Part shown: positions 28,680 to 41,967 of the stretch, piece after piece
Layout: every line of letters begins with the position of its first letter
Numbering within the stretch: the first letter of the stretch is position 1
NCBI GenBank assembly: GCA_951406725.2
Contig: OX597828.1
Span: 23,312,001 to 23,376,000 of the forward strand
Reading direction: 5' to 3'
DNA: 64,000 nt
From: Octopus vulgaris
Taxonomy: Eukaryota
The notes under the pieces: model-generated
The model's input: only the letters and a program-made list of their open reading frames with translations
The model's database searches: none
Told to the model about the DNA's origin: nothing
Translations under genes and position numbers: made by a program

Positions 28680-29500
28680 ATATATATATACATGTAGGCA
28701 GGAAGAAAATCTTTCCATAGGAGACATCAATATTTGGATTTTGGTCGTGTTGTTTTTTCACTTCTCGTGTTTTTCTTCAAGGTATACTGCCCCGTTCCCT
28801 CATAGCGCGATTCATAACTTGCACGCCATCTATTATGTAAAACCTACGTATGTTGACTTATGTTGCAGACGGTCACAGTAACTTTCATTTGCCTTTATCT
28901 TTATACATATCTTTGTCTAGAGCGCTCTGTCCCTCTCAGTATATATGTCTTTATGCTTTTGAGTGTGTGTGTGTGTATGCGGGTGTGACGTTTGTGTGCT
29001 TATATTTTTTATACATATGCATATAAACAAGAAATAATGCTTACACTGAAATGCATGCTTACACTTTGAAGAACCAAATGAAAGCCATTCAGCCACGAAA
29101 CAGCATTCACAATGTAAATATCCCTAAATAGTTTCACTGTTAAATTCGCGCAAAATCAAATAAAATTATGAGCACAATTCTTGAAGAGAAAAATTAATTA
29201 CAGAAACAGCATAAAAACTAGTATCAAATAAGTAAATTTATCGCTTGACTCTGTAACACAACGTAATGTATAGTGAAATTGCATTAGAATTAAGAACCAA
29301 TCAGCAATTTTCAAATACAAATCAATGGACAAAATGGAGTGTGATATGGCATCCGCACAGCGTGAAGATCGGTGAATATCGAAGAAGCGTGAACAAAAGC
29401 GTTGGGAGATGAATTCTATTTTTCACATACAATTTAATCTACAACGTAATTAGATAGTGCACTAGACACAGTTCAGAGTGTATGTATGTATATATATATA

Positions 29501-29572
<72 letters not shown>

Positions 29573-29695
29573 AAGGAGCTTCAACAGGACTAGAACTATC
29601 AAATGAATTAATTTACTCTGCTATGTATTGAGTACCTTATTTACTGTGGTTAACCCCGACTCAACCCGGGACCTACATATATATATATATATATA

Positions 29696-29799
29696 CTTTA
29701 TTTAAAGCAGCAGAAAATTCAACAAAATCTGTTACTCTGAGTTTCTCGTTGCCGTTCATCAGACAGATTTTGTTGAATTTTGTGCTGCTTTAAATAAAG
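29696..29799 (-). ncRNA. Minimal type I hammerhead ribozyme motif in a short Penelope-type terminal-repeat element
   Basis: Minus strand reads stem I - CUGAUGA - ACG GCAA CGA - GAAA CUC A GAG UA - stem I. The stem I arms (29696-29732 and 29763-29799) are 37 nt with one mismatch. Stem III is near-palindromic (ACUC-A-GAGU). The first stem II pair is an A.A mismatch. Confidence 0.75.
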
Positions 29800-29868
29800 C
29801 ATATTACTCTACCACTGGTATTTGAGTACTCTTTTTTCCACCTTGTTTCACATTTATGTGTTTACTCC

Positions 29869-29927
<59 letters not shown>

Positions 29928-30113
29928 TATTATATATAAGGCTAAGATCCAAGGATTAATTCGTAGGAAGTTCGAAAAGCTGAAAAAAGTTTATATTCTA
30001 GTTAACGGTTACCAGTTGGAGTTAATATGGGATCCCTTCGCCAACGAAGCAACCATCCTTTGACAAACGTATGATTGGCCTCTAAGGAGTAACTAGCGGT
30101 TTATCTCCCTTTT

Positions 30114-30347
30114 GAAGGCGGCGAGCTGGCAGAAACTTTAGCACGCCGGGCGAAATGCTTTGCGGTATTTCGTCTGCCGTTACGTTCTGAGTTAAAATTC
30201 CGCCGAGGTCGACTTTACCTTTCATCCTTTCGGGGTCGATTAAATAAGTACCAGTTACGCACTGGGGTCGATATAATCGACTTTATCCGTTTGTCTGTCC
30301 TTGATTGTCCTCTCTGCGTTTGGCCCCTTGTGAGTAGTAAAAAAATA
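30114..30347 (+). mobile_element. Full-length family B SINE with 16-bp target-site duplication
   Basis: Head GAAGGCGGCGAGCTGGCAG, core and A-rich tail; flanked by GGTTTATCTCCCTTTT (30098-30113) and GGTTTATCTCCCGTTT (30348-30363). Confidence 0.9.
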
Positions 30348-31568
30348 GGTTTATCTCCCGTTTCCGTAATTACTACTTCCGAGTTTCTTCTAGCTATGAA
30401 ATTTATGTAGACTATATTTTATCTATTCCTGAATTGGTAAATGTGTGTGTTTGTGTGTGCGCGTGTGGGTTTGAGTGTGTGTTTGTGTGTGTGAGAGAGT
30501 CTGTGTGTGCTAAATCCTGCTAAATTATGGACGTGAAACCTGAGATAATCCTATAAACCGGCTTTCTCATTTTTACGTGGACTGTTGGCGATTTTTTTCT
30601 CCGTCTCCCCTTTTCTCTGGACATTCCTCTGTCTCCTGTTTCTAAACAAGAACTTTGCCCTTTCAGCGTTTTATTAACACTTTGCTTATACCATGTCTTT
30701 GACTTGTGTTTTTCTTGTCCTTTTTTTCTCCGTTTGCTTGATTAATTTTATATGTATATACATACATATTTACATATACATATATATACATATACATATA
30801 TATACATACATACATGCATATATATATATATATATATAGATATATATATATTTATATATATGACAGTGTTTTAATGAATCCCTGGCTATAGACGGTTCTT
30901 CAATACATTTTCTGTTTTGTGTTAAAAGTCTGTAGAATATTCGTCTTCAAAAGCATTCATTTCCCCCAAAAGAAGTCAATTCGTCTAATAAGCAATGCCC
31001 ATCAAAAACAAAAAAATTAATGGGATATCCTTCAATATCTGCCGCTATTAAATATAGACATATCTGTCTCTTTGTTTCGTTACGAAACTTTTTACACTCA
31101 TACACACCTGCATGAATAAGTATACCATTTAGGAAATCAGTGTGTGATTTCTCTGGTAGTCTTATAAACTCACAAGGCGAGGTTGAGTGTAACCCCAGAT
31201 ACCAGAGCCACTGGTGAACATTGATAAAAATGCAAAATCACTGGTGATCTGACTAAGCCCGAACCTGTAGGGACCTTGCCTCCCTTGTCATTAAGATAAG
31301 TGTGATGAGGTATTTTAGCTTTCATTTCTAGCAATATTGGTACTGACTAGTGACCTTAGTGACTTTAGTGACGTCTATATTTCTGCCTTTCGGTTGTAAA
31401 ATTGCGAATAACCAACTTTATTATTTATAATTTTCACCTTTACCATATGTAGATATGTATGTATATGCATATATGTCTGTGTATGTATAAGTGTATATGT
31501 ATATGTATTTATATATTTATATACACACACATATATATAGGCATATATATATATAATATGCATGTATG

Positions 31569-31604
<36 letters not shown>

Positions 31605-32231
31605 TGTATGTATGTATGTATGTATACATGTGTGTATTCAGTATCTCTGTAAGAGAGAGAGAGATAAAAGAGAGAAGTAACAGTGAGATTTAATAATAAC
31701 GAACAGTAAAAGAAGCCTGAATAAGTGAATTGAATGAAATAGTGAAGAAAGATCAAAAGAAAGATTAAATGAATGTGAAAAATTAAAATTAAAACTAAAG
31801 AAATATTAATACAAAAACAATGTCACTGAGTAAAAATGGCTTCTTTTTATTGTACCAACCCTAATTCTGTGTGATCTTCAGTCGAAGATGTCACGCTGAT
31901 TAGCATTTCTTGCTTTTTCTTTGAAATTCCAAAGCTCTGTGTGTATGTCACGAAAGTTTGTTAAGGTGTGGTGATTGTTAACTTTTGAGAATATCACCTA
32001 ATATTCTGTTTTAAAGGCATGGTCTTTACTTCGCACCGCAGGACACTTTTGTTTCCTTTGGTTTCTAAAATTGAATAAATGATTGAATTATAAATTAATT
32101 CTTAATGAATTTCATGTCAATTATATTTTAAATAAATTTGCTTTTTCACTTTGGCACACGGGTTATTGTTGATTAATATCCATGCCTGCATTTAATGTTA
32201 ATGTTATTTTATTATCATTATTATTATTTTC

Positions 32232-32303
<72 letters not shown>

Positions 32304-32519
32304 CGTCCCGGTATGGAAGAATGATAAAATTGACGTTGGCAACATTCGATCTCTGAACGGAAATTAATACAGCAAGACATTTTCTTTGATGCGCTATCAA
32401 TACCCCTTACAGTAAAAAATATTATTAGGATTAATAATGCTTCAATATCAATCTGTAATGTATATGTACTCGGTTACTGTTAGAAGTAGACACCATGTAT
32501 GATTCTGAACTTAGTCGTG

Positions 32520-32725
32520 AAATATCGATTTCAAATTTTAGCAGAAGGTCAGCAATTTCGGAAAAGAGCTTAAGTAGATCACATCGACTGATACTTATCT
32601 TACTGACTTCGAATGGATGAGAAGCAACGTCGACCTCAGCCGAATTCGAACGCAAAACGCGAAGACGAGCAAAACACTGCTAAGCATTTTGCCGGCCGTG
32701 CTAACAATTCTGCCAGGACGCCGCT
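32520..32725 (-). mobile_element. Diverged family B SINE
   Basis: GTCGACCTCAGCCGAATTCGAAC...GCTAAGCATTTTGCC...GTGCTAACAATTCTGCCAG..CGCCGC is the reverse complement of the head. Confidence 0.65.
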
Positions 32726-32989
32726 TTTCTCAGCCATAAAAATATTTCTTCAAAAATCATATCTTAAGACAGTAGAGAAATTTTTGTCTTAAGAAAGAAA
32801 TTTTTGTAAGCGATATACTGTTCACAACTGGAATAAATCTGATTTTGTCATATGTTGGCTAGAAAAGAATTGATGTACAGCTAAACATCTAAAAGAACAA
32901 CAGAACTTAGCAATTATCTCTGCGGTCAAGTATAATGACTAATAGAAACTAATTTAAGAGTATCACAATCTGACGTGCTATATATATAA

Positions 32990-33055
32990 AATGTGTTTAC
33001 GTTCCCGTAACTTAGCGGTTCGGCAAAAGAGACCGATAGAATAAGTACTAGGCTT
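32990..33055 (+). mobile_element. Internal/3' fragment of family A SINE
   Basis: GTGTTTACGTTCCCGTAACTTAGCGGTTCGGCAAAAGAGACCGATAGAATAAGTACT matches 42975-43036 (reverse complement) and 63966-64000. Confidence 0.75.
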
Positions 33056-33154
33056 CCTTATATATTAACTTTCATTCAGAGATCGAATGTTACCGGCGTC
33101 ACTTATATCATTCCTCAATATTTTGACAAATACACACACACAAAAAATAATAGC

Positions 33155-33240
<86 letters not shown>

Positions 33241-33242
<2 letters not shown>

Positions 33243-33578
33243 GGGGGAGCATTATAGCCATGTGTTGAGAGGGATTCGTTGGAGGTTTGAATAATTCACC
33301 ACTGGAAACCTAGGTGTTTCGTTCAACATCCTTAAACAATCCTTATTCAGAGACCTTTTGAGCAGGATGCGTTACTCGACCAGAAGAAAATTCTAACTGG
33401 GCCCCACCTGCAAGGTCATGTGCCGTTTATCTTGATATGAGATCACCATGTCGCGCGCACATGGTTGTGATGCATGTGCCTAGTGCACCTTCATCAGACG
33501 GGTAGTCATGATGGGTATACGGGGCTTTGTATATTTTACCTCAGTGTCACTTTGATGGCTTGTGCTGCTCTCTCACTC
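33241..33578. repeat. Probable retroposon fragment inserted within an (AAT)n microsatellite
   Basis: A sharply bounded ~340-bp block of higher GC with pure (AAT)n on both sides; no second copy in the window. Confidence 0.45.
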
Positions 33579-33657
<79 letters not shown>

Positions 33658-33880
33658 TTAGAAAGAAGGCAATCGGTGCAGGATCATAGATATAGCATAG
33701 ATATATAGATATAGCCAGGCTGACAACAAGGTATGCGATAAAGGAGAAAGTAAAGTCGACAGAAGAAGAAGAAGAAGAAGAAGAAGAAGAAGAAGAAGAA
33801 GAAGAAGAAGAAGAAGAAGAAGAATGAGGGGGAATGTAATAGCGATACTGGTGGTAAATGGAGCATTAGGAGCAGTTTAC

Positions 33881-33913
<33 letters not shown>

Positions 33914-33959
33914 TAATAATAAATAATAATAATAATAATAATAATAAATAATAATAATA

Positions 33960-34049
<90 letters not shown>

Positions 34050-34501
34050 TAATAAATAAATACATAAAATGACCGTCTCAATCCAACACTGGATTCTACT
34101 GACTGATCCGGGATTCACATATTGCAGATAAATCAGTGAACCAATGGTTGTGGAGCTTCTCAGTCCATCGTTTTCTCATTACAACGTATATTTAATCCAG
34201 GTTTCTAACTGCGAACAACGTTCTCATCCTCACCGATGGCACCACAAGAACAATGGCAACAACGACATCATGATCATCAGTGTAACCACTGTCATGTCAT
34301 TACTAGTCATTACTAGTCATTAGATTCATAATTACCAAAAGCACTTACCTTATTACTCCCATCTACGCCAGTGACATAATCCTTACCGTCGTCGACCTCT
34401 CGTTTCTATATCAATAAGTACCAATCAACGATAATTGCTTGATTTGTTAGACACATTCCGAGTCTCTGCAGAAGATGTACTAATAATGATAATGAAGAGG
34501 A

Positions 34502-34540
34502 CGATGATGATGTTGGTGTTGGTGGTGGTGGTGGTGGTGG

Positions 34541-34589
<49 letters not shown>

Positions 34590-34626
34590 GGTGGTGGTGG
34601 TGGTGGTGGTGGTGGTGGTGGTGGTG

Positions 34627-34677
<51 letters not shown>

Positions 34678-34826
34678 GTGGTGATGATGATGATGATGAC
34701 GATGATGATTATGATGATGATGATGATGATGATGATGATGGTGATGATGATGGTGGTGGTGGTGGTGGTGGTGGTGGTGGTTTGGTGATGATGACGATGA
34801 TGAGGATGAAGATGATTATGATGATG
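34502..34826. repeat. Compound (GAT)n/(GGT)n array
   Basis: Direct inspection. Confidence 0.97.
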
Positions 34827-34859
34827 AAGGCCATAACAACAACAACAATAATAATTTTG

Positions 34860-35012
34860 AAATTTCGGTGCAAGGGTGGGGGGTAAGTCGATTCATGTTA
34901 CTTATTTTCTCGATCTCGACGAATGGCATAGACGGCCATGGAAGGATTTGAACTTACAACGTAATGCTGCTACGTATTTTGTCTGGTGTGCTAATCATCT
35001 TGTCAGCTCACC
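34860..35012 (-). mobile_element. Diverged family B SINE
   Basis: GATTTGAACT...AATGCTGCTACGTATTTTGTCTGGTGTGCTAAT...TGTCAGCTCACCG resembles the reverse-complemented head. Confidence 0.55.
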
Positions 35013-35248
35013 GTCTTGGTGGTGGTGGTGGTGGTGGTGGTGGTTTGTCATCGTCGTGGAGATGGTGGTGATAATCGTGGTGGTCGCGGTGAGGGTAGTG
35101 AATATGATGGGGGGTATTCGTTGCCGTCGATGTCATGATGGTGGTGGTGGTGATGGTGACTCTCTTTCTCGTCGTCTCCTTCCTCATGATGATGATGGTG
35201 GTGTCGGGGCTGGTGGTCATCGTCATCGTTGAGGTCATGTTGAGGGCG

Positions 35249-35282
<34 letters not shown>

Positions 35283-35358
35283 TGGTGGTGGTGGTAGTGG
35301 TGGCGAAGGAGGTGTTATTTTTTTACTTATGTCATCCTTTTTTCTTTCTTTCTTGCAG

Positions 35359-35437
35359 GTTAACACACTCAATAAATTCTGTCGAACTACCAAAGATTAT
35401 TGTGAACCTCTAAAAGTTGGTGCCCCTGGTACACCAG
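35359..35437 (+). CDS. Internal coding exon (79 nt, phase 0 to phase 1) of a collagen-domain protein, probably a colmedin/gliomedin-like transmembrane collagen: VNTLNKFCRTTKDYCEPLKVGAPGTP(G)
   Basis: Polypyrimidine tract plus TTGCAG acceptor ending 35358; CAG|GTAAGC donor at 35438; open frame with a C-x6-C motif leading into GAP-GTP-G; phase matches the exon at 55646. Family call is from recalled similarity to the pre-collagen Cys motif of invertebrate colmedins, not from a search. Confidence 0.8.
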
Positions 35438-38400
35438 GTAAGCAATTAGACTTTACTTAGACGCACCCACGAACACACACACGTGTACACACACACATGC
35501 ACACATATATTATCTAAATTGAAAAATATACAAGAACACATCTCCGTTTCTAGCAGTTATAAGCTTTTTTTAAACTTTGGCGCAAAAATATATTAAAATA
35601 TTAAGTGGTTTATGCGAAAAATAAATTATTCTTCGAAACTAACATTTTCGGAAAATTGGATTTAATACTGTTAAACGAAATTACATATCTAGTTTACCCA
35701 TCGTTCTTTTGCAATAGTTAGTCTTTTTTTATGCCCTCAGAAATGACGTATTCATAGAAATTCATTGTTTCCAATAGAGAATAACTCTAATATCCAATTT
35801 AGGTAATTGTGAATAATCTTGAAATATATCGCTGTATCGAAATTTGCAAAGAAAATACCTTCAAACTTAGTATTTACTTAATTTTGTGAACTAATTCCTA
35901 TTGAATTTCCAAAATCCACCGTGAGAAATTAAATTGGTGTTTGTCTTCTTTATTTTCTTCTTTATTTTTGTGCTTAACAATTAGTTTCGTTCTTCAAATT
36001 TCGTAGGACACTCGGATAGTGATTATAATGCGCTGCAAAAATTACATTCGGCTTTATCGCGAAAACCAGAAATAATCCAAAAACACTAAGTTCCCTAGCT
36101 GCAATGTTTCAAATTTAATTCGGCTTCAAAAATATTCACTTCTTTCCGTTTTCAATGATAAACGTAATGCTTTAGATTCCCCAAAGTCTCAGCAAAACAT
36201 GCGATTCTTTATAGCCACGGTACATTTGTAAACCTGATGGATAATCAAAATTGAAGATCGATAAAATATGCCAACGCTTCTTTACGTAATGCAAACATTC
36301 ACACACGAATATTATTTCGAGATTGCGATCTAAATTCTAGGAAATGCTGCGAAAATCACCCACATCTTCAAAATAGGATTTGAAAAATATAATACACGAA
36401 TACAATTGTCGGGATGAAATATAACTGATGACCATTACGACTTCAGCTAAAATGGATTTTAAAGCAACTGGATGCATTGATAACTATTCCTGTTTTTCGA
36501 ACATTCTTTATTCCTTTCATACTACCAGCTACTTTTCTTCGCAATATATTTGCGCTTTTGTCACTGTTACGATACGTATAACTCTAAATCATAAAGTGAG
36601 TTTTTATAAAATTATTTCCCGCATTTTGCATTTCGAAATATTCACATTAAAGAGAAACTTCATTTTTTGTTTTTCTTTAAAAAATATAAAATATAACGAA
36701 ATAATATTGCCATACTGTAGTTTCGTGTAGTAATAATACATCAGCAGCAGGTACATTTAATATTGAAATAACATCTGCTTTAAAGTCATCTGAAATATTG
36801 TCAACACAGAGAGATAGAGAAGATATAGTAGTCATGGAATGAGACCCAGATTTCTGTTATTCTTTTAAACAGAATCTGCAGCAAACACACACACGACGAT
36901 AAATTTTACGCAATATTTTACAAGTCATTCCTCAAATCCTTTAGAAGAGAGAACAATGCAATGCCTGCCGCAACATGCTATATTCACCGCTTCTGTCGCT
37001 TTCTCTTTATCTGGTTTGAAGTTGTTTAAATATGAATCTTACAGAATTAATGCGTCTTTCAAGTTTCCCTTAAAACAAAAGAAATTGTTTTATCTTTATA
37101 AGTCGGATGATTTGCTTCCGCGAATCTTCGAAATATTTCTGGTGTCAAAGAACAGTTTACTGATAGGAATATTACGAAGTAAACAAACAACATCTGGAGC
37201 TTCTTCGTTACCAACATTTAAAGAAGAACCCAAACAATGAATAATTAGTAGATTATTTAGCTTTCTTTCATACACAACTGCACAAAAGTTTTTTTTCTTT
37301 CTTTGCGTAAGTGAACCGAACTAAAAGCTGATTCTTGTAAAAATAATTCTATAATCTCCATCCTTTCTATAGATGTGCGCTCAGTATTTACTTTAAAAAA
37401 ACTAATATTTCTACTGTCTTTTTATTTTTTTAATGACCCATACTTTGAACATTGTAAACACATATACAGTGTTGTGCAGAAATCCTAACATATCGACTTT
37501 GATATTGAGGAATAATTTATCTACATGTATTTAAACCAGTTTTACGTAATTTATAGACTTAAATTGTGACACAACGAAGAAAGCTAAACCAGCAAGGTTA
37601 TTCAGAGAACACGGGAAAGCAGTGCGGCAAGCAGATGCGTTCATTCGACAGGCAACTCTTTAAGTTACCTGTCTGAACGCTTGCACCAAACTAATTTTGC
37701 CTTTCTACAGATGATAGCAATGGCAATGGCGCCCCCCCCCCATTCAGCTCGTTTATTATTTTAATGGTACTTAATTTCATATCATGTCAGTTATTATTTC
37801 GATAAATACAATTCTATGAATACCAATCTGTAAAATAGGTTATATTGTTTTCTTTTATTTTTATTTTTGGTTTTGCTTTTACATAAATTATCTTCCACTA
37901 GATTTTTCACTGTAATTTGTTTTCCAGGAGCTACCTTATGAAACACTGTTCTGCATAGGTAGTATTTTCGAGATCTGCAGCTTAACAAAACGCATTTTTT
38001 CTCTATAAAGCTTTGGTTTCATGCAAATATTGTGGTACCACATAAAGGCAAGATATGATAGGTTCTTCATATGGCCTTAGAATTGGCAAAACATGAAACA
38101 GTAGACAAATATCAAGATCTGTTTTCAAATTAATTATCGTTGTTAATTTTCTATATCAGACTTAGGTCACGCATGAGCAGTCAGGTCTATGATAAATAGT
38201 AAAGGCACTTGGTTTTGTAGTTAGGGCGTTTATCTAAGTTCATAAGGTAGTGTGTTCCATTCCAAGATCGGATAGGGCGTTGTGTCCTCGAGCAAAGCAC
38301 TTCATTCGATATTGCTACATGTTGGAAACTGTTCTGAAACCCTGGGAAGTGCAGGTTCATGCCTTTGTTACCCCAACCGCCACATCCAGGATGTTCCGTC

Positions 38401-39505
38401 AAACTAGATCATTCGTAAGGGGTCGAGAGGATAATTATGCCTTCTTGTAACGATGTAAGAACTGAAAGCGATTAATAAAAGCTAGTTGGATGTAGTATTC
38501 CATGGTAAAAAGCATTCCAAACGTGACAGACCCTTTGAATTCCAATTTGCATTGTGCCCAAACTACATTATCAAATTCTTCATTTCATTTTTTTTGAGAT
38601 GAAATAGTAAAAACTGAAACGCGAATCCTCTTGAGTATAGTCTATTAGCGCAGATGTTGGCAGGAAACTAAACCGACTAGGGAGTGGGAGAGGAACTCGG
38701 TCCTTGGTCCGATAGTATACAACCATGGAAACAGCTAAGATTATTCAAAATACAATCACTGGTGCAGTTTACCTCTACCTTCGAACGGAACAGTCTCTAC
38801 ACGCTGCAGAAATTCCTCACTAACATTGACATGTGTTTCCTATCACAAACATGGAATGGTAAGCTATTAATGTCAATCTTAGGCTGCATTAATCTTCACA
38901 GCCCTCCATTTTACATCATTGAAAAATAGCAAGTCGAATTTTTATGGCAGGATTTACAACTTACACAATGTCAGATTTCTTGTTATCTGCAAGGGCATAT
39001 GCCTAAATCTGCGCGCAGTCCTTTTGCGTATGTGGATGTGGACGACAATAAGAGTGTGGCTTTCTTCTTCTGTGCCCCTGTGTGCATGTTTTCGTGAGTT
39101 TGAGAGTGCGTTTTGTGTGCGAATGTGTGTGAATATGTACATATTTGAGGTATAGAGATAGTGTATTTTGTCTTTATATGAATATATTTATTATATGGGT
39201 TTGTAAATGCGCACGCTTGTATATCTGTTAGGAAGTAAGACACACAAACAGACAGAGAGAAAATTGGCGTGTTTTGTTTTCCCTGTTTGCGTGATTATAT
39301 GTTGTATTGACTTATATGTGTGGTGTAAGTGGACATGTGTGTTTATGTGAATACGTGTTTGTGTTCATCTCTGCGTTTGACACGGTTAGTATTTAGTTTG
39401 TGCTGTGGGACATGAGTGCATACAGACGTACATACCAACATAAGCATTCATACACACGCACAAAATCACACTCAAGCACACGCACTCACATCCACACATA
39501 TACAT

Positions 39506-39541
<36 letters not shown>

Positions 39542-39562
39542 CCGTGTAAGCGTTCTTGCTTG

Positions 39563-39601
<39 letters not shown>

Positions 39602-39747
39602 CTGTGTGTGTGCGCGCGTCCGTTTGTGTGTGTTTGCGGGTGTGTGCGTGTATATATATATATACATATATATATATATTAATGTACGTTTCTATATTTT
39701 GTTTGTCTATCTACCAATCCCTTTATATATAAATGTGTATATATATG

Positions 39748-39789
<42 letters not shown>

Positions 39790-39825
39790 TGTGTGTGTGG
39801 TGTGTGTTTATTTACTTATTCACAT

Positions 39826-39861
<36 letters not shown>

Positions 39862-40779
39862 GTATAAATATGTGTATACGCTCTGCGTGTATGTTTATCT
39901 GAGGACGTTTAATGGATGCATGCCTGAGAGTGTGAGCGAATCTCTCGGAGCGCGTGTGCGCGTGCGAGCGCATGTGTGTCTTTGTTCAATTACTTGCCTC
40001 ACAATTGGTTGTTTATTGTTATCTGTGAAATTATAAACGGCGAAGAAAATGGCGAAGTGTGTGATAGATATATCCGTTGCACTAATTTGCAATGACACTC
40101 GACACCTGCAACCTGCGTACCTGGACATGTAATCATGTACGTTTTCATTGTTGCATGCAAAATATGTAGGAACTAAAGTTTGAACTAGTCGTTAATTATT
40201 GAAAGGGATTACAGCCAGTATCATTAGACATTTACTACAATGTACTACGCTCCTCACCGGCATTAAGCTTTATCGTTACCGCTTTTGTTACGTCACACAG
40301 TACTATCGAATTTATAGGACACCGATGTGCTCTGGTGTTCTGTATTGTGTCCTCGTCTACGTTATTATAGCGAAAACGTTTCAGGACAGAAAAAAACTCT
40401 AAAGACTCTTGTGAGCAGTTCGAAATCGAAATGCCGAATGTGTAAAGAAATGTATACCGGATATATGAGGAAATACATGCGTACTAAAATATATACATTT
40501 ACGTATATGGATGTACATGTGTGTGTTTATGTATGTGTGTATGAATATATATGTATATATTCATGTATATACGTGTGCGTGTTTGCGTGTACTCACGTGT
40601 GTGCATGTGTGTGTGTGTGTGGGTGTGGGTATAGTACAGAAGTATTTTTAGAAAAAAAGGTGAAGCGAGGTAAAAATAAAGGGCGGGGTATATTATATTA
40701 GTGCTCAGGAAGTCTCTTTTGTTACTATCCTCATACGCTCTTCAGTAGAAGGAAAAGATAGGAAGTAGAGAAAAGCTGA

Positions 40780-40831
<52 letters not shown>

Positions 40832-41068
40832 AGAAGAACATAAGAAAATCTATACACACACATACATACATATACAGAAACACAAACATATCCCATAAGT
40901 TCCTTTACGGGAAACGTTTTCGACCACGCGAATAAAAGCTTCATTTTTTATTATGTCGGTTACGGACTAGTGATTCCAACCTGCAGCAACGGTTTTATGG
41001 GATCGCACCAAGCTCTGCCGATATAGCATTGTATAATAATAATAATAATAATGATAATAATAATAATG

Positions 41069-41104
<36 letters not shown>

Positions 41105-41133
41105 GTAATAATAATAATAATAACAACAACAAC

Positions 41134-41190
<57 letters not shown>

Positions 41191-41499
41191 TAATAATAAA
41201 AATAATAATAATGTTAGACAATACAAAGCGATGCGATTGCTGTAGATATTCTATTGGTTGAACGGTATTTCGACATCTAGTCCGTCTTTGTTGAGTTAAA
41301 AATAAAATGTGATACCTAAAAATTTTAAACTTATATAAATTCAAATACAAAATCTGAACGAGGGCAACCAGCGTCCCCACTTTGAATGAATGACATCATC
41401 AGTCTTCAATTTTCAAGTTTACAACAGGCAAAATTAAAAAAGAGAAAAGAAAGAAAACAAAACAAAAGATAAAGAAGAATATTTAATCAATCAGTTTGT

Positions 41500-41830
41500 T
41501 ATTCTCCTGTCATATAATTCATTCCTCAAGGGTATGATGTTAATAACTCACAAACATATTTCTCTTCATCCCTTGTTAGTACTGAAAGTGTAGCAGATTC
41601 AGAATATTTTCTGAGAAGATGCGCTTTCAAGTCCTTTTCAAAATTGCAGCCGTTTTATGCAAAATGATCGGCAAGTTATGTGGAAGTAGTCTTATTGTGC
41701 CTGATGTCATATCTGTACCCATCGAATCTTTTGTTTAATTGATCTGTGGTACAACCAACATAAATCAAGTTGTGTTTCGTGCATTCTGCTTGGTGCATCA
41801 AATGGTATTTTTTGTGACGATACCTGGGGT
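41500..41830 (-). mobile_element. Penelope-like element GIY-YIG endonuclease fragment (pseudogenised)
   Basis: AECTKHNLIYVGCTTDQLNKRFDGYRYDI...LADHFA*NGCNFEKDLKAHLL...EEKYVCELLTSYP*GMN fits the C-x-YVG-x-T-xxx-L-xx-RF ... L-x-T-xx-P-x-G-x-N pattern, with stop codons. Confidence 0.75.
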
Positions 41831-41967
41831 AATTACAGTCCAAAATCCACAAAAGGCATGCATACCAATTCGGCCTGTTAAACTTTTGTATCAGCTTTTG
41901 TATCGTGGCTCTCTGCGTGGATGAGGACATGTCTGAGCGGGCCATTATGAACAGTAGTGGTCCCACC

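Noticed and set aside
34128-34195. Possible upstream exon of the collagen gene (KSVNQWLWSFSV...)
   Set aside because: Weak polypyrimidine tract, in-frame stop at 34193-34195, and no good phase-0 donor to join exon 35359.
37711-37766. Strong-looking acceptor TTTTGCCTTTCTACAG within the intron
   Set aside because: The phase-1 frame hits TAA before a donor and is not Gly-X-Y.
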